Assembly: GCF_035594765.1 (NCBI RefSeq)
Contig: NC_085845.1
Span: 193,022,897 to 193,086,896 of the forward strand
DNA: 64,000 nucleotides
Source: Anolis carolinensis
Lineage: Eukaryota
Direction: 5' to 3'
The notes below the pieces were generated by a model that did not search any database, was not told the origin of the DNA, and saw nothing but the letters and a program-made list of their open reading frames with translations. A program made the position numbers and the translations under genes. Positions 25,740 to 37,394 of this stretch are shown here, piece by piece (position 1 is the stretch's first letter; the number at the start of each line of letters is the position of its first letter).

Positions 25740-25811
25740 AATGTAAAATAGAGTAATATATATGTCTTTAACAAATATGGCTAACTTTCTATAATGCTTC
25801 TTAATGAAAAT

Positions 25812-26553
25812 TACCATATATACCCAAGTATAAGCCAACCCAAGGAGCCTCCGGTGGCTCAGTGTGTTAAAGCACTGAGCTGCTGAACTTGCAGACTGAA
25901 AGGTCGCAGGTTCAAATCCCGGGAGCGGAGTGAGTGCACGCTGTTAGCTCCAGCTTCTGCCAACCTAGCAGTTTGAAAACATGCCAATGTGAGTAGATCA
26001 ATAGGTACCGCTCCGGCGGGAAGGTAACGGCGTTCCATGCAGTCATGCTGGCCACATGACCTTGGAGGTGTCTGCGGACAACACCAGCTCTTCGGCTTAG
26101 AAATGGAAATGAGCACCAACCCCCAGAGTCAGACATGACTGGACTTAACGTCAGGGAAAACCTTTACCTTTATAAGCCAACCCAAATATAAACTGAGGGA
26201 TCTAATTTTACCACAAAAAGCTGGAAAAACTTATTGACTTGAGTATAAGATTAATGTAATGGGAACATGCAGCAGCTACTGGTAAAATTCAAAAACAAAA
26301 ATAAAAATAGATACCAATAAAATTACATTAATTGTAGCAACAACAGGTTACATGTTTTTGTATATTTATATAAAACTGTAATATAAAATAAGACTTTAAT
26401 AAGGTAGGACTGTCCAACTGTGATTACCTATATACTCGAGTATAAGCTGACCTGAATATAAGCCGGCCAGGGCCCTCGGATATAAGCCAAGGGGGGCTTT
26501 TTCAGCCCTAAAAAGGGCTGAAAAACTCGGTTTATACTTGAGTATATACACTA
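25812..26553. mobile_element. Tc1/mariner (Tigger-like) non-autonomous element interrupted by a Sauria SINE
   Basis: Left taccatatatacccaagtataagcc, right ggtttatacttgagtatatacacta (degenerate TIRs with TA); internal TIR-like copy at ~26425. Confidence 0.8.
25844..26170 (+). mobile_element. Sauria SINE, full length, nested
   Basis: 15-bp TSD TATAAGCCAACCCAA at 25829-25843 and 26171-26185. Confidence 0.96.
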
Positions 26554-27768
26554 TCTTGACATATTTTTAATGTAGCCCCCGAGGAAGGCCAACTTTGTCA
26601 ATGTTCAAAGAGCTCTAGGCTTTTTAAAACAAAGCTACTGACCATCTATTAGCATGTGGAGCTTCGCCTCCTAAAATCTTGACTTTTCATATGGGCTCAT
26701 CAGTTTTCTCCTTTGAGGACAGGAAGGGGAAAGAGAATGAGAAAGTAAAAAAAAGATAAGTGAGAGTAAGAATTAAAAGATAGGGATCAGAACTGAAGAA
26801 GAAAGCTATATGTACTACATTTTTGCTAAACATCATGCTATTTAAATCCATTTTAGATGAAAAAAGAGGAAAATGGGAATTGTAGTTGGATGAGGAAGGT
26901 GGGAATATTCAACTACTGAAAAAGGTAAGAACAGAAGTGTGAAAATGAGCAATAAGATAGGAAAAGAGATGAGTTATCAGTGAACGATCAGTTTTTCTCC
27001 ACATCCACAGATCCCTTCCACCCTTTCACCATTGCTCATCTCCCAATTCATCTAGCCCAGAAATCAATTTGGTTCCATACTAAACCCAAATTCCTAGACC
27101 CCTGCGCATAGCTACACCACCAGACCACCATCTACATCACCAGAACCTATGGGAAATTTGACAGTTTTGGAGAAATGTTGATTTCCAGCATTGGCACCCT
27201 ATTAGGCAGAATGTTATAGCCCTTATTCAATGAAGATTTCAGTTAATGAACTTGTGTTTAGGTAGTGTTATAACTAGTGTTTGTTTCTTTTATTACCAGT
27301 TCCATTGAGGATCTGGGTCTGCACCATAGGGTTTGATATAAGTGACAACATTTTTTAAAGTGAGCTTTAAAATTGCATATAAAATAATAGACATAGAGAT
27401 AAGGAACTACAGTAAGATTTGTCCTGATGTTTTAATTATCATCTGTCTTGCTGTGGCATTTCATTATCCAGGTTTCTCAGCATTGTGTACCTTTTTATCT
27501 GTTTCACACACACACACTTACAAGAAAACAACTTCCAGATGGTCTGTGAGAGTATTTTTTAAGCCAACAAGAATCTATTTTTTTTAAGATGCTAAAAAAA
27601 GGATGGAGCAGGAAAGGGCATTTTAAAATAAAACTTCCCTCCTACAGTGTTAAGTAATCTTTCTTGAAATTAAGCAAAGGGTCATCTGGGTGCTTTGAAG
27701 CATATTTTCCAACAAAACAAATCACCCAATATTGCCTCTTATTGTAAATGATTCTTGCCATCTTAATA

Positions 27769-27893
27769 CAGTGGTTCTCAACCTGTGGGTCCCCAGGTGC
27801 TTTGGCCTACAACTCCCAGAAATCTCCACCAGTTTACCAGCTGTTAGGATTTTTGGGAGCTGAAGGCCAAAAACATCTGGTTGAGAATTACTG
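27769..27893. mobile_element. hAT MITE (22272 family)
   Basis: CAGTGGTTCTCAACC...GGTTGAGAATTACTG; TSD tctTAata / tctTAgta. Confidence 0.9.
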
Positions 27894-28798
27894 TCTTAGT
27901 AGATCTCCATCTATTCCCTGATTTGGATTTTCATACAGTTATATAGCTGGAAGTTTATTTCACATGTAAATAATTTGTGGCTCAACAAATATCATTCAAT
28001 TGCTATTTCTGTCCTTCCTAACTGACTTTCCTGGACAGTTGGAGTTGCAGTTCAACCATATCTGGAGGACTACAATCTCTCCATTCTTGATTTGGACCAA
28101 CCCTCTGTGAGTGGAGGAAATCACCACTACAGCATCCCTGATAAGTTACGGTAGTTTAACCAAAGCAGAATGAAGTGATATTGGCTCAAACCTTCTTTCT
28201 TAGTCTTATCTAAAGTTGACTCAGTCAATCAACTGTTCAATAGTGAGCAAAAGTACAGACAAATCTTATTGATTCCATGTGTCTAGTGTAGTTGGGAGTA
28301 CAAACAGAATTTGAGCCACCATTTCTTATTAGGAGAAGGTCACTGATGTTCACTTGCAGTGCCTGGAGAAGTGGCCACGGTTTCATCTGATTACTTGCAG
28401 CCTAGTGATATGGACCACATCATGCGTATCTTGGCTAATAAGATCCAATACAATCTAGAATGATTGGGAAGACTCAAGGATATTAAATGTCTTACCTTAT
28501 CAGGAGATGGTAAATGCTACTTTCAAAGAGACAGTAATGTGCCTTCTCTTGATGGGAATGACACTCTAGATCTAAAGTGGGTGAAAATAGACACATATAA
28601 TCAATTTCTCCCAAGAGGCTCAGAAATTGTTCATCTACCATGTGCTCAAGCACTTCACTCCAAAAGGGAATACAACTGATAGGTCAGTAGTGTTCATGTA
28701 GTGGTTGGACAACATATGAGGCTCTTGGGAGAAATAGGTTGTATTTCACTCGTCACTCGTGTTTCAGACAATGGTAAATGGATATAGTTACTCTAACT

Positions 28799-28990
28799 CA
28801 GTGGTTCCCAACCTGTGGTCCGTGGACCACAAGTGGTCCCCAAAAACTAAAATATGGTATGTGGCCTCACCATTACTACACCGTTGCAATGAGAGCAACT
28901 GATTTTGCGAAACTCTCTTATAGTGCTGAGACAATGGGGGTGTCAGGAGGGGAGAGACTGACTACCCATGAAAAGTGTGGTAATTAGCCT
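28799..28990 (+). mobile_element. hAT-Charlie element, left-end fragment
   Basis: CAGTGGTTCCCAACCTGTGGTCCGTGGACCAC start after ctcTAact; no right TIR seen, end approximate. Confidence 0.55.
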
Positions 28991-29402
28991 CCTGACTAGT
29001 TTTACAGGATGGGAGGAGGCGGCACTGTGATACAGTGGTTCTTTTGCTATCCATATGGCTTATTCTATGTAGTAATTTTGGTGTTGTCTTGTTACATCCA
29101 CGGATATGAAGCAGTGGAGTGCCTCAGGTTTTCACCTTATGTTCCACAAATCTATTTCAGGAATCGGGTTCATTACCTTGAATTTACTTATTTGTAGCAA
29201 GTAGTAGGGACATATAAAATTAATATAAAATCCAGAATGAATTCACTGTTCCACTGACATGGAAGTGAACAGATTTCACTGTTCTTAATAGTTTTCAAAG
29301 GATCAATGGAAATACTCAAAAGCTCCAGTCCATTCCTGAATCAGCCCTCATCAATGAACACTGTACCTAGTACCTGCTAGTTCCAGGGTCTGAAGTCATA
29401 TA

Positions 29403-29725
29403 CAGTAGAATCTCACTTATCCAACATAAACAGGCTGGCAGAATGTTGGATAAGTGAATGAGTTGGATAATAAGAAGGGATTAAGGAAAAGCCTATTAAA
29501 CATCAAATTAGGTTATGATTTTAAACATTAAGCACCAAAACATCATGTTATACAACAAATTTGACAGAAAAAGTAGTTCAATACACAGTAATGCTATGTA
29601 ATAATTACTGTATTTACAAATTTAGCACCAAAATATCATGGTGTATTGAAAACATTGACAACAAAAATGCGTTGGATAATCCAGAACATTGGATAAGCGA
29701 GGCTTGGATAAGTGAGACTCTACTG
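29403..29725 (+). mobile_element. Tc1/mariner MITE, subfamily B
   Basis: TA|cagtagaatctcacttatccaa ... ttggataagtgagactctactg|TA. Confidence 0.94.
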
Positions 29726-31681
29726 TACTTATGTTTCATTGTGACATCTATAAAGTGCCTTGCATGTCATTGATAGAGATATAATATATGACTCACATAC
29801 ACATATCTAATGCTATAATCTCCACAGTTTCAAGCCCTAGAATTTAATGTATATTGGGCAATCCTGTGAGATTGCTGTTTTGCAGGAAGGAAAGTATCTT
29901 AAGTGTCTTGCTAGGATCAGTCTTTTATTTCCCATATAGTTATGCATTGTAAATATATTTGAGGGAATTTATTCAAAAAGCTGAGGAAAGTAGATAATGG
30001 AAGCCTTGGAGATATTATGGGAAGATTTAAGGTCATGTCATAGATCTGACAGGATTTTAAGAGTGATCAAGGATAATTTTACCATATTTTGGATGATGAG
30101 AAATTGAGATTAAAAATATGTGAATGAAGAAGTTGGAAGTGACACGTCTGTCAATCTGATCTCAGGGATTTAATTGTTATAAATGTAAACATGTTCATTC
30201 TTTATTAAGTTTTAAAATTGGCATTGTTATTTACTTTTCTTTTTTCTCCAGGCAGGCTCCTCATGTTTGGCATCAGTAGGACAGACAAATAGGTCATCTT
30301 CATGCTGGGAAGAACTATGTTTTGAGTTTTGGTTAATGCATATGGGGGAGAATTTAATTTCAATACATTTTTCTAGAATTTGCCCAAATGCTTATATGTC
30401 ATCATGTTTAGTACTGAATGTAAGGTTTAATGAGTATCAGCATAGGAAAAAGCAAGCCTGATACAGTTTTCATTCTCTTAGTGACAAAGTTTATTGCGAA
30501 GGCAGCTCACTAATATGAACCATTATGTTTTATTGCACTTAACCTGCTTTCTATTTGAAAAAAGATACATTCCTTGTTGAGGAATCCATTTTATGTTTTG
30601 ATAAATAACTGTCATTGTGAAGGTTAATGGAGTGTCACATCTCTTTATTTACTCTCATGTCAGAAGTATGGAGCTCATTCTTCATGACCAATTGACCTCA
30701 ACACTTAATGGGTGGATATTGTCAGAACAATTATTGCAAATATGCCATTATAGAGCTGTATGGATAGGGTCAGACCTGAAATGCTCACATCAGAAAAAGG
30801 ATCACACCCTTGCACATGTTTAATTCCCTCTATTTGCAGACTTAATCCTAGATCTGAAAATTAAGCGGTGCCTTTTCTCCTGTTACCAGCCTTTCTACAG
30901 TTTAGATAAATACCCAGAATAAAAATGGGGCAAGCACAATCATCAAGATACACAAGCTATAGGGCACTGGAAGGTGATCTGTGAAGACATGAGAGCTGGC
31001 GCATCATTTGATAATTGAACCTTTTCTATATACATATCTCCTCTCTTCATTTGCATAGTTCTGCCATTGAGTCTATTTGATAGTCACTATTCCAAGAAAA
31101 AGACATATAAACCAGGAAATAGTACATACAGAAAATGTGTAAGGTCATAGATGAAGTAGCTAATAGTTGAAGATGATTTAAAATATTTTGTGCACTTTGG
31201 AACTTTTTCTGAAACGTATTAATGAAAGAATGAGTTTTATGCAAAACATTGTAGAAAATAGTGCTAAAAATACTTTTTGCAGAAAATACAAATTTCGGTG
31301 CAAAAACAGTTATTCCCCCCCCCTCCAAAATTCAAAATATTTTTCATTAGCTGAAACACCATTTGTGACTGAGGATGATTTCTGAATATTCTTTATACCT
31401 CTGGTTCACCCTAATTTTGCTGTAAAAGATTTGTCATAATCTGAAAGTTCATTAATTGCTGTAATCTCCATTTTTAAGACAGAGCTTTCCAAACTGTGTG
31501 TTGCATGAAAAATGCTCATTTTTGCCCCCCACAAACAGCTGCTTGGCAGCTGTTTGGAAGGAGCATGTTGGCCACTCCTGGAGGACGAAGAGGAGGAGGC
31601 AGCAACAGTGAGAACATCAGAGGTGGAGGCCACTCCGATGGCTCTGAGCCCAAGCCTGGGGCCCTATCATCCTTCTCCTCC

Positions 31682-32210
31682 TTTTTTAAAATTTTTTATT
31701 TATGATTTTATTGATACATTAAAAGTGGGGGAACAATTTAGAAAAAATAGACAAAAGACTGAATATAGTAGATCAGTAAGATAATAATAAAGAGGGAAAA
31801 AACACCCCCCCCCCAAAATACCCCCAAACAGACACCTAACAAAACATATTTTGTTGCATCTTCCAGATCTTCTGCATTGCGGTTCATATTTTCTTCGTGT
31901 CTATACATTTACCAGCATTGATGTCTTTACTTCTATGGGCCTTGGGTTTTTGTTTAGCCTCTGTCGATAAAATTCTATTGTTTATTTTTCCCCCAGATAT
32001 AATTCTAATTTATTCGAGTCCTTTGCCTTTGTGAGTTATTCTGTGATAAAATGTGTGTCAGAAGATCCATGTTCCTAATGTCTAGAATTCTCAAAATCCT
32101 TTTTTCCATGGAAGGAATTTCCTGGGTTTTCCACAATTGTGCCAGGCATATCCTGGTGGCTGTTACAAAGTATACAAACAGCTTGTTCGTATTAGGGTCA
32201 TCCTTCTCCT
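31682..32210 (-). mobile_element. L1/Tx1-clade LINE 3' end
   Basis: Minus frame KLFVYFVTATRICLAQLWKTQEIPSMEKRILRILDIRNMDLLT resembles the ORF2 C-terminus; A-rich tail with AATAAA appears as T-rich 31682-31712. Confidence 0.7.
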
Positions 32211-32379
32211 CCTTGTTGCTCTCAGCAGTCCACCTCACCATCCAATGGAAGCAGCCCAACTGTGACCCCAGCCACAGCTGGGGCTGTGGGGAAAAGAGGA
32301 GGCAAAAGTAAGAGAGTAGAGTTAGGGTGAGTAAGGATTCAGCGGAGGAGCTGGTGATGGGAACAGAAGGAAAGAATGA

Positions 32380-32645
32380 GAAGAGACTCTCAAAGGACAT
32401 CCAGTTGAACCCCCATCAGCCAGGCAGAAAGGCACAGTCAAAACCCTCCCAACAGACAGATATCCAGCCTCAATTTAAAACCTTCCAGAGAAGGAGATTC
32501 CACTGGACTTCCAGGCAGTCTATATTTCACTAGAGTTGGAAGAGATCTCCAAAGGACGTCTAGTCCAATCCACTTCAGTCAGACAGGAAGACAATCAATG
32601 CACCACTGGATGGCCATCCAGCCCATGTTTAAAAACCTCCAGAGA
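32380..32645 (-). mobile_element. Two tandem CR1 3' fragments
   Basis: gaagagactctcaaaggacatccagt...atccagcctc...aaaaccttccagaga recurs as gaagagatctccaaaggacgtctagt...atccagccc...aaaacctccagaga. Confidence 0.65.
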
Positions 32646-32693
32646 GATTTAATCATTACAGAAGGGGATTGCTGGTGCTATTCAAATATAATA

Positions 32694-33016
32694 CAATAGA
32701 GTCACATTTATCCAAGACTCGCTTATCCAAAGCTCTGGATTATCCAACGCATTTTTGTAGTCAATGTTTTCAATACATTTTGATATTTTGGTGCTAAATT
32801 CGTAAATACAGTAATTACCAAATAGCATTACTGTGTATTGAACTACGTTTTCTGTAAAATTTGTTGTATAACATGATGTTTTGGTGCTTAATTTATAAAA
32901 TCATAACCTAATTCGATGTTTAATAGGCTTCTCCTTAATCCTTCCTTATTATCCAACATATTCGCTTATCCAACGTTCTGCCGACCTGTTTATGTTGGAT
33001 AAGTGAGACTCTACTG
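32694..33016 (-). mobile_element. Tc1/mariner MITE, subfamily B, opposite orientation
   Basis: TA|caatagagtcacatttatccaa ... ttggataagtgagactctactg|TA. Confidence 0.93.
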
Positions 33017-33590
33017 TACTGTTATAACATTTGTAATTTGCACTATTTGTTGATTGAGTTAAAGTAACTGCCACTAAAATTGGTACGTTTATAATTAAGA
33101 AAAGAAAATCTGTTGACAATGATATTTGTGATGAACTTCATGGAGCAGCTATAGAGGGAACTGTAAAACACTCAAGTGTAGTACATAAGTGTTTAGGAAA
33201 AATTTCCAAACCTCATTTATACAATAAAGATTATATAGAGAGTATATAACTTTTATAAGAAGTTGGGTAAACATCCAGTTTGCTAGAAAAGTTAGCATGT
33301 CATGAAAGGATGCATGTCTAAAAATTGAAAAGTTTGGAAATCTCTGCTAGAAGAAGACAAGGATTAAAGAAAAGTGCAACCATACACTCTCTTCTCTAAC
33401 TGTGCTTCCAGCTTTACTTTCTTCCTTGCCTTCTACCTAGACTCTATTCATAAATTTACAGAATACTAGTGGTTGGAGTTAACATTCCCAAACAGGTCAA
33501 ATAAACTTTTTGTTACTCTAATTGTTATTTTAATGCTCATATTATCAGTACTATTTAGAAGTCTTTTTCTCTGCCTTTTACTGTGATTTA

Positions 33591-33730
33591 GGGCCCCTCC
33601 ACACAGCCATATAACTCAGAATATCAAGACAGATAATCCACAATATCTGCTTTGAACTGGTTTATCAGAGTCCACACTGTCAGATAATCCAGTTCAATTC
33701 AGGTTTTATATAGCTGTGTGGCAGAGGCCA
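33591..33730. mobile_element. PIF/Harbinger-like MITE
   Basis: TIRs ggcccctccacacagc / gctgtgtggcagaggcc flanked by TTA / TAA. Confidence 0.7.
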
Positions 33731-34664
33731 TAAGTCCACTTTTAGTGCAGAATGTGGAAAATTTTTCTTCTTCTTCTTCAGTTACCATTATTCCTTATAG
33801 TTCGCAAAATGTTATTTGTTGCAATAACTCACTACCATGTTTAAAGGTAATTTGATACATTACTAATTGATCTGATCATTACTTTTCATTGCTATTTATG
33901 AAAATAACCCTTTATCAATAAAAAGATAATAGCATCAAGCCAGAAAAATGTATGATCGCAATGCCTCTTAAACTATCATTACCTCTGAGAAGTAACTTTG
34001 AAAAGTAATAGGAAACCTTGAGTACAGCAATAAAGTCACCATGTACCATTTCTTTAAATTATTATTGAAATATAGAGATTTGAAAACCACTCAATTTTAA
34101 TGAGTATTGGTTTTTTTTAAAAAACATTTTTTTCTTTTTTCATACGGGGTTATGAGACTAAGTTTCCCCCCTCACTCCTGCACTTTAATTTGCACAGTTT
34201 TACTTTTTTTTCCCCAATTGGCACAATTTATGAAACTTTCCCTCATTGGCTGAAGTGTCACTCTTTTAAAATGTTCACTTTATCAGTTCACACTTTTAAA
34301 TAAGCACATTATTTTACGTGGACAATATCATGGAAGCCTATCTCACATATGTGTGAATGATTAGATGAGGTGTGCCTTTTTCACAAAAATGATACAAAAT
34401 TTCTACCCTTCTGGAAATCTGACTTTGTAGTGGTCTCATTATCCTGTTCCAAAATGGTAATTAGTTAGACGTTACTTGTAAACAGTTAGATTCCAGCTGT
34501 AGACAGGTATTTCTCATAAGATATTATGAGTTCTCCAGGGAGGGATGTTTAGGGATTAACATTGTTTGTCTGTGCATAATTTGGACAAGAGGAAATCTTA
34601 GTTGTAATGTAATGTCATTTACATGTTATTTCCGCTGCTCTTCCGTATAATTTAATTTGTTCAG

Positions 34665-34668
<4 letters not shown>

Positions 34669-34710
<42 letters not shown>
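34669..34710. repeat. (TA)n microsatellite
   Basis: Read directly. Confidence 0.95.
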
Positions 34711-35567
34711 GAGATGAACATCTGTACTTGGACACATCTTAGAAATACTTCTCTTGAAGTCTATCTACACCTACTCTTTACATGTGCACACAACCTCTAT
34801 GTTTGGCCCATAGTCATTAAAAATGAAAGATAGGAGGGTGTGTATGTAAATCCCTGACAGACCACCAAACCTGCCATAAAAAATAATTAAAAAGATGAAG
34901 TATGACTCTTGTAACCAAATACCCTGACTTTGTGTTCACCCCCTGTCTGTGCTCAAGGTCTCTAGGTGCTCAATGGGAGCTTTTTAATTATTTTTCTCTG
35001 TTTGATGTTGCTAAGTATAATGAATGGATTTCAGAGGGGTTTTTGTTGAACCCTCGATGCGTATCAGTTCAGTGCTGTTAGGCACAGCGATATCTGACTG
35101 GATCAGACCCTGAGATTTGTTCTTTATAGATCTGACGTCCAGAAACACCAGATTGTTTAAAGCCAGGCTCTATTAATCAAATGATGCGTCCCTGTCACAG
35201 GAACGTGATTTCATTCCATCAGAGGGGCAAGGAAGCCAAGGAAACTGTAGGCACCTTTCTGAAATTTGGGCCGGTTGGTTCCTCAAGGATTTATGCCAGC
35301 ACAATTCATGGTGTAATGCTAATTATAATATTAAAGAAATTGGGACTCCAAAAAGTGATTCCATGGTAGAGATATAGCAGCCAACCACCCATGCCTACTA
35401 TCAGGATACTCCATTACACACATTCAGTTCTAGTCTCAAGAGACAGGTAGAATCTAAATTGAATATATAACTATGTACAGGAAGCACAACACACACCAGA
35501 ATTTTATTAGTGTGTCCATTGGGCATTTAATAATCTGCCTTAGGATTCTTTTACATATAGTAATTAT

Positions 35568-35853
35568 GCAGACCGAAAGGTCCCAGGTTCAAATCCCAGG
35601 AGCGGAATGAGTGCCCACTGTTAGCCCCAGCTTCTGCCAACCTAGCAGTTCGAAAACATGCCAATGTGAGTAGATCAATAGGTACCGCTCCGGCGGGAAG
35701 GTAAGGGCGCTCCATGCAGTCATGCCGGCCACATGACCTTGGGGGTGTCTATGGACAATGCTGGCTGTTCGGCTTAGAAATGGAGATGAGCACCAACCCC
35801 CAAAGGCGGTCACGACTGGACTTAACATCAGGGGAAAACCTTTACCTTTACCT
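35568..35853 (+). mobile_element. Sauria SINE, 5'-truncated
   Basis: gcagaccgaaaggtccc... to (accttt)n; TSD TAATTAT at 35561-35567 and 35854-35860. Confidence 0.94.
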
Positions 35854-36766
35854 TAATTATAATGCTGTAATAACTGTATCCTTTGGTATGTTAGGATCTG
35901 TCATCTGGTAAGGCCCTAGAGCATTCTGGCAAAGAATTCTAAGTACCTCATAAAACTACAAATCCAATGATTCCTTAAGATGGAACAATGATAGCTAAAG
36001 TGGAATCAAAATGCTGTTTGTGTGAAGTGTGAAAAGGCTCTTTATAGGTTTTTCTCTATTACATTGGTTTTTAAAGTCCCCACCCATTCTGTAATTGTTG
36101 ACGCTGCATCAAGCATGGTGATCCATTATTCTCCCTTGATCTATAGATGCTGTATTTTGCCTCAAAAACACGAACTTTTAAAATCACTACAGTTGGCACT
36201 CTCAAGCTGTGTAATTTAGACATTACCAGAAGGAATGGTTGCTGATGATGCTGATCATGAGGAAGATAATGATATTTATGGGGCATCTATACCTTGCTCA
36301 CATAATATGTTTCATGAAACCAATCTTAGAAAAAATTAGAATAAGGAGGTAGAGCTGCTTGAGGAATGAGACATTTTTTAAGTCAAGGACTAATGTATAG
36401 ATTAGAATATAGGTATTAGGCTTATGCATGATTCGTTTTCAAAAATGGCTTTTTGCTAGTTTGGCTGGTTGGGATGTCCATAATGGCATGGGCTTTGCTG
36501 CCAGTTTTTTGGTCACAACAGAACATCGGCTGTCAAAAACTGGTTGCTTTCAGTTTCTTTTGGTTACACATGGAGTGCAGGAGGGAGGCAGCTGGAAAGG
36601 AAAGGATCACAGGAAGCAGGGTTTCTTAAGCTCTTACTTCTCTCTTGATTTGGAGGTGGAATTGAATTGTGAGGGGGGAGGCTTTCTAAGTAAGCTGCCA
36701 GTTCTCCTTTCTGGTGTCTCCAAATCAAGAGAGAAGGGAGGGCTTTTTAAAAGGAAGCCCAGGGTA

Positions 36767-36801
36767 GGACTTAACGTCAGGGGAAAATCTTTACCTTTAC
36801 C
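36767..36801 (+). mobile_element. Sauria SINE tail only
   Basis: ggacttaacgtcaggggaaaatctttacctttacc. Confidence 0.8.
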
Positions 36802-36803
36802 TA

Positions 36804-37073
36804 CCCTGTTTCCCCTAAAATAAGACATCCCCAGAAAATAAGACCTAGTAGAGGTTTTGCTGAATTGCTAAATATAAGGCCTCCCCTGAAAGTAAGACCT
36901 AGCAAAGTTTTTGTTTGGAAGCATGCCCACCGAACAGAATACCAGAGCATGCAGGATCGGTGAATGTATGTACCATAGAGTGTTGTACATGGAAATAATG
37001 GTAGTAACAAGAAATTCTTGATAGGATTCAGTTTGTCTGGTTATGCTGGTTTGTGATGACAACTACTGTACAG

Positions 37074-37140
<67 letters not shown>

Positions 37141-37394
37141 CTTTATTTATACCCCGCCACCATCTCCCCAACGGGGACTCGGGGCGGCTTACATGGGGCC
37201 ATACCCAAGACAATATAATATAACAAAATATAAAAACAACATATCATATCATATAATAAATGTTCATTTTTTTTGTTCAACAATAAATGTGAATTCTTCA
37301 TGGAAAAATAAGACATCCCCTGGAAATAAGACCTAGAGCATCTTTGGGAGCAAAAATTAATATAAGACACTGTCTTATTTTCGGGAAAACACGG
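36804..37394. mobile_element. Tc1/mariner (Tigger-like) MITE with nested L2 tail
   Basis: TA|ccctgtttcccctaaaataagaca ... tgtcttattttcgggaaaacacgg|TA; same family as 45442-45696. Confidence 0.88.
37078..37250 (-). mobile_element. L2-type 3' end with (AAT)n tail, nested in MITE
   Basis: About 20 AAT units then ctttatttataccccgccaccatctccccaacggggactcggggcggcttaca; atataataa on both sides. Confidence 0.8.

Noticed and set aside
19458-37336. Poly-N, poly-L and poly-I ORFs
   Set aside because: Translations of (AAT)n tails.
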